The translations under genes and the position numbers were made by a program. Below the pieces are notes generated by a model, which was given only the letters and a program-made list of their open reading frames with translations, did no database searches and had not been told where the DNA came from. Of a stretch of 64,000 bases of DNA, positions 62,912 to 64,000 are shown in pieces (position 1 is the stretch's first letter; every line of letters begins with the position of its first letter). Origin of the DNA: Ostrea edulis (taxonomy: Eukaryota); assembly GCF_947568905.1 (NCBI RefSeq), contig NC_079165.1, positions 67,766,001-67,830,000 on the forward strand, in the 5' to 3' direction.

Positions 62912-64000
62912 CGTAGCACAGGGGCAAATAATTGGTTGTTTAGCACTTTGGTGTAACCTAAGAGAAGTAACATTTGTCTTTGGATGTTTGAAATGTGGAA
63001 TATTGATGTCAATAACTTGTTGCTGGTCGGGTCCATATTGGAATGAAATATTTCTAACCAACAGAAAATGCTGGGTTAGGCGGGGTGTCTAGGTGATTTT
63101 CCGAATCCACAAGAAAGCGCAAAATGCTAAAAATGAACATGGATCTTAAAAGGTGTCTAAGGAAAGTTGATGAGGTGGTGTGATTTAGGGCCTTCACAAG
63201 TTGAATTACAGTAGGCGACGTTATTGGACGTCTGGACTCCGACGAAGGATTAAACCTGATAACATTTTCTTGATAATGAAATGTTGCGTAATGTCTTGGT
63301 AACCTTCTAGGTGAAAACTAAAGCTTGAGGAATATACAAGCATTCGAGCAGATCAAGCTGCCAGATTCTTTAGGAAACAGTGTGAGCTGAATGCTGACAA
63401 GTGGTTGAGAGAAAAAGGTATTGGTTTTGCTGACTGCCCAAACCTCCAAGAGATAAAAGTATTGTATTCAGTGAAAGCCGATTTGTACGCAGAAATGGGA
63501 ATATGGGAAGGTGACTTTTATAAAAAGTTTTGAGAAAATAAGTACTTTGTTTAACGGATTAGGGATTTTCTCATTCTCTTTAAGAACTGGAATTTACAAA
63601 ACCTAAATAGTTTGTGTAGAAAGAAAACTTAAAGACTACTTTTTCTCACATTTTTCTGTCTCACACTGCTGCGAAGTCATTTGATTGTGCCGTCATATAT
63701 TTTCTATTATTTACGTTACACGGTGAAGATTTACGTTACATGGTGAAATAAAAATATTTTGCATTATTTATTTAAATTTTAATGCAGTATACTTTCTGGT
63801 GGACAAGATTGGGTTTTTTAGTTTACACTTACAGTGTAAACAATTTTCGGGCATGCTCTTTCTGCCTATCTAATTAGTTTTTGCATTGAAGTTCAAATGA
63901 GGATTTTGATAATCTTTAATTTTCTCAAAGCTCCTAAATTTATGTACTAAATTGTAGGTAAAATGTGAGAAAATAATCCTTCATTATCTACTCGTGTGGG
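62912..64000. repeat. Start of third duplication unit (copy of 1-1140)
   Basis: Collinear with the window start; lacks ~50 bp of the palindromic insert near 63650. Confidence 0.95.

Overview
AT-rich, repeat-dense animal genomic DNA. The repeat families resemble bivalve (oyster-like) genomes; this is an inference, not a database result. The window holds a tandem cluster of four minus-strand paralogues of a small 4-exon CED-1/MEGF10/Nimrod-like gene, reconstructed by hand from GT-AG sites and exon phases. Copies A (1505-10374) and C (27053-29735) are intact type-I membrane receptors: signal peptide, 12-Cys mini ectodomain, Ser/Thr stalk, TM helix and a 184-aa tail with six conserved Tyr. Copies B (22800-24757) and D (52062-59599) end in a short TM-less exon, and each has lost exon 2 through a different splice-site mutation. 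The cluster is a higher-order tandem duplication whose third unit starts at 62912. Intron 3 of A, C and D carries a 35-bp satellite that is an amplified copy of the exon3/intron3 splice junction. Also present: five in-frame exons (36703-39167, minus) of an uncharacterised protein whose motifs align with Sip1/raffinose-synthase-type (GH36, clan GH-D) glycosidases; a very young gag+protease-only Ty3/Gypsy LTR element (6102-9397) in intron 1 of A; about 18 Penelope-like (Naiad/Chlamys-type) fragments; a degenerate hammerhead ribozyme; SINEs; MITEs; and remnants of ISL2EU, Harbinger, Tc1, THAP and DIRS-type elements. No rRNA, tRNA gene or CRISPR array is supported. Repeat boundaries are approximate unless a TSD or TIR is cited.
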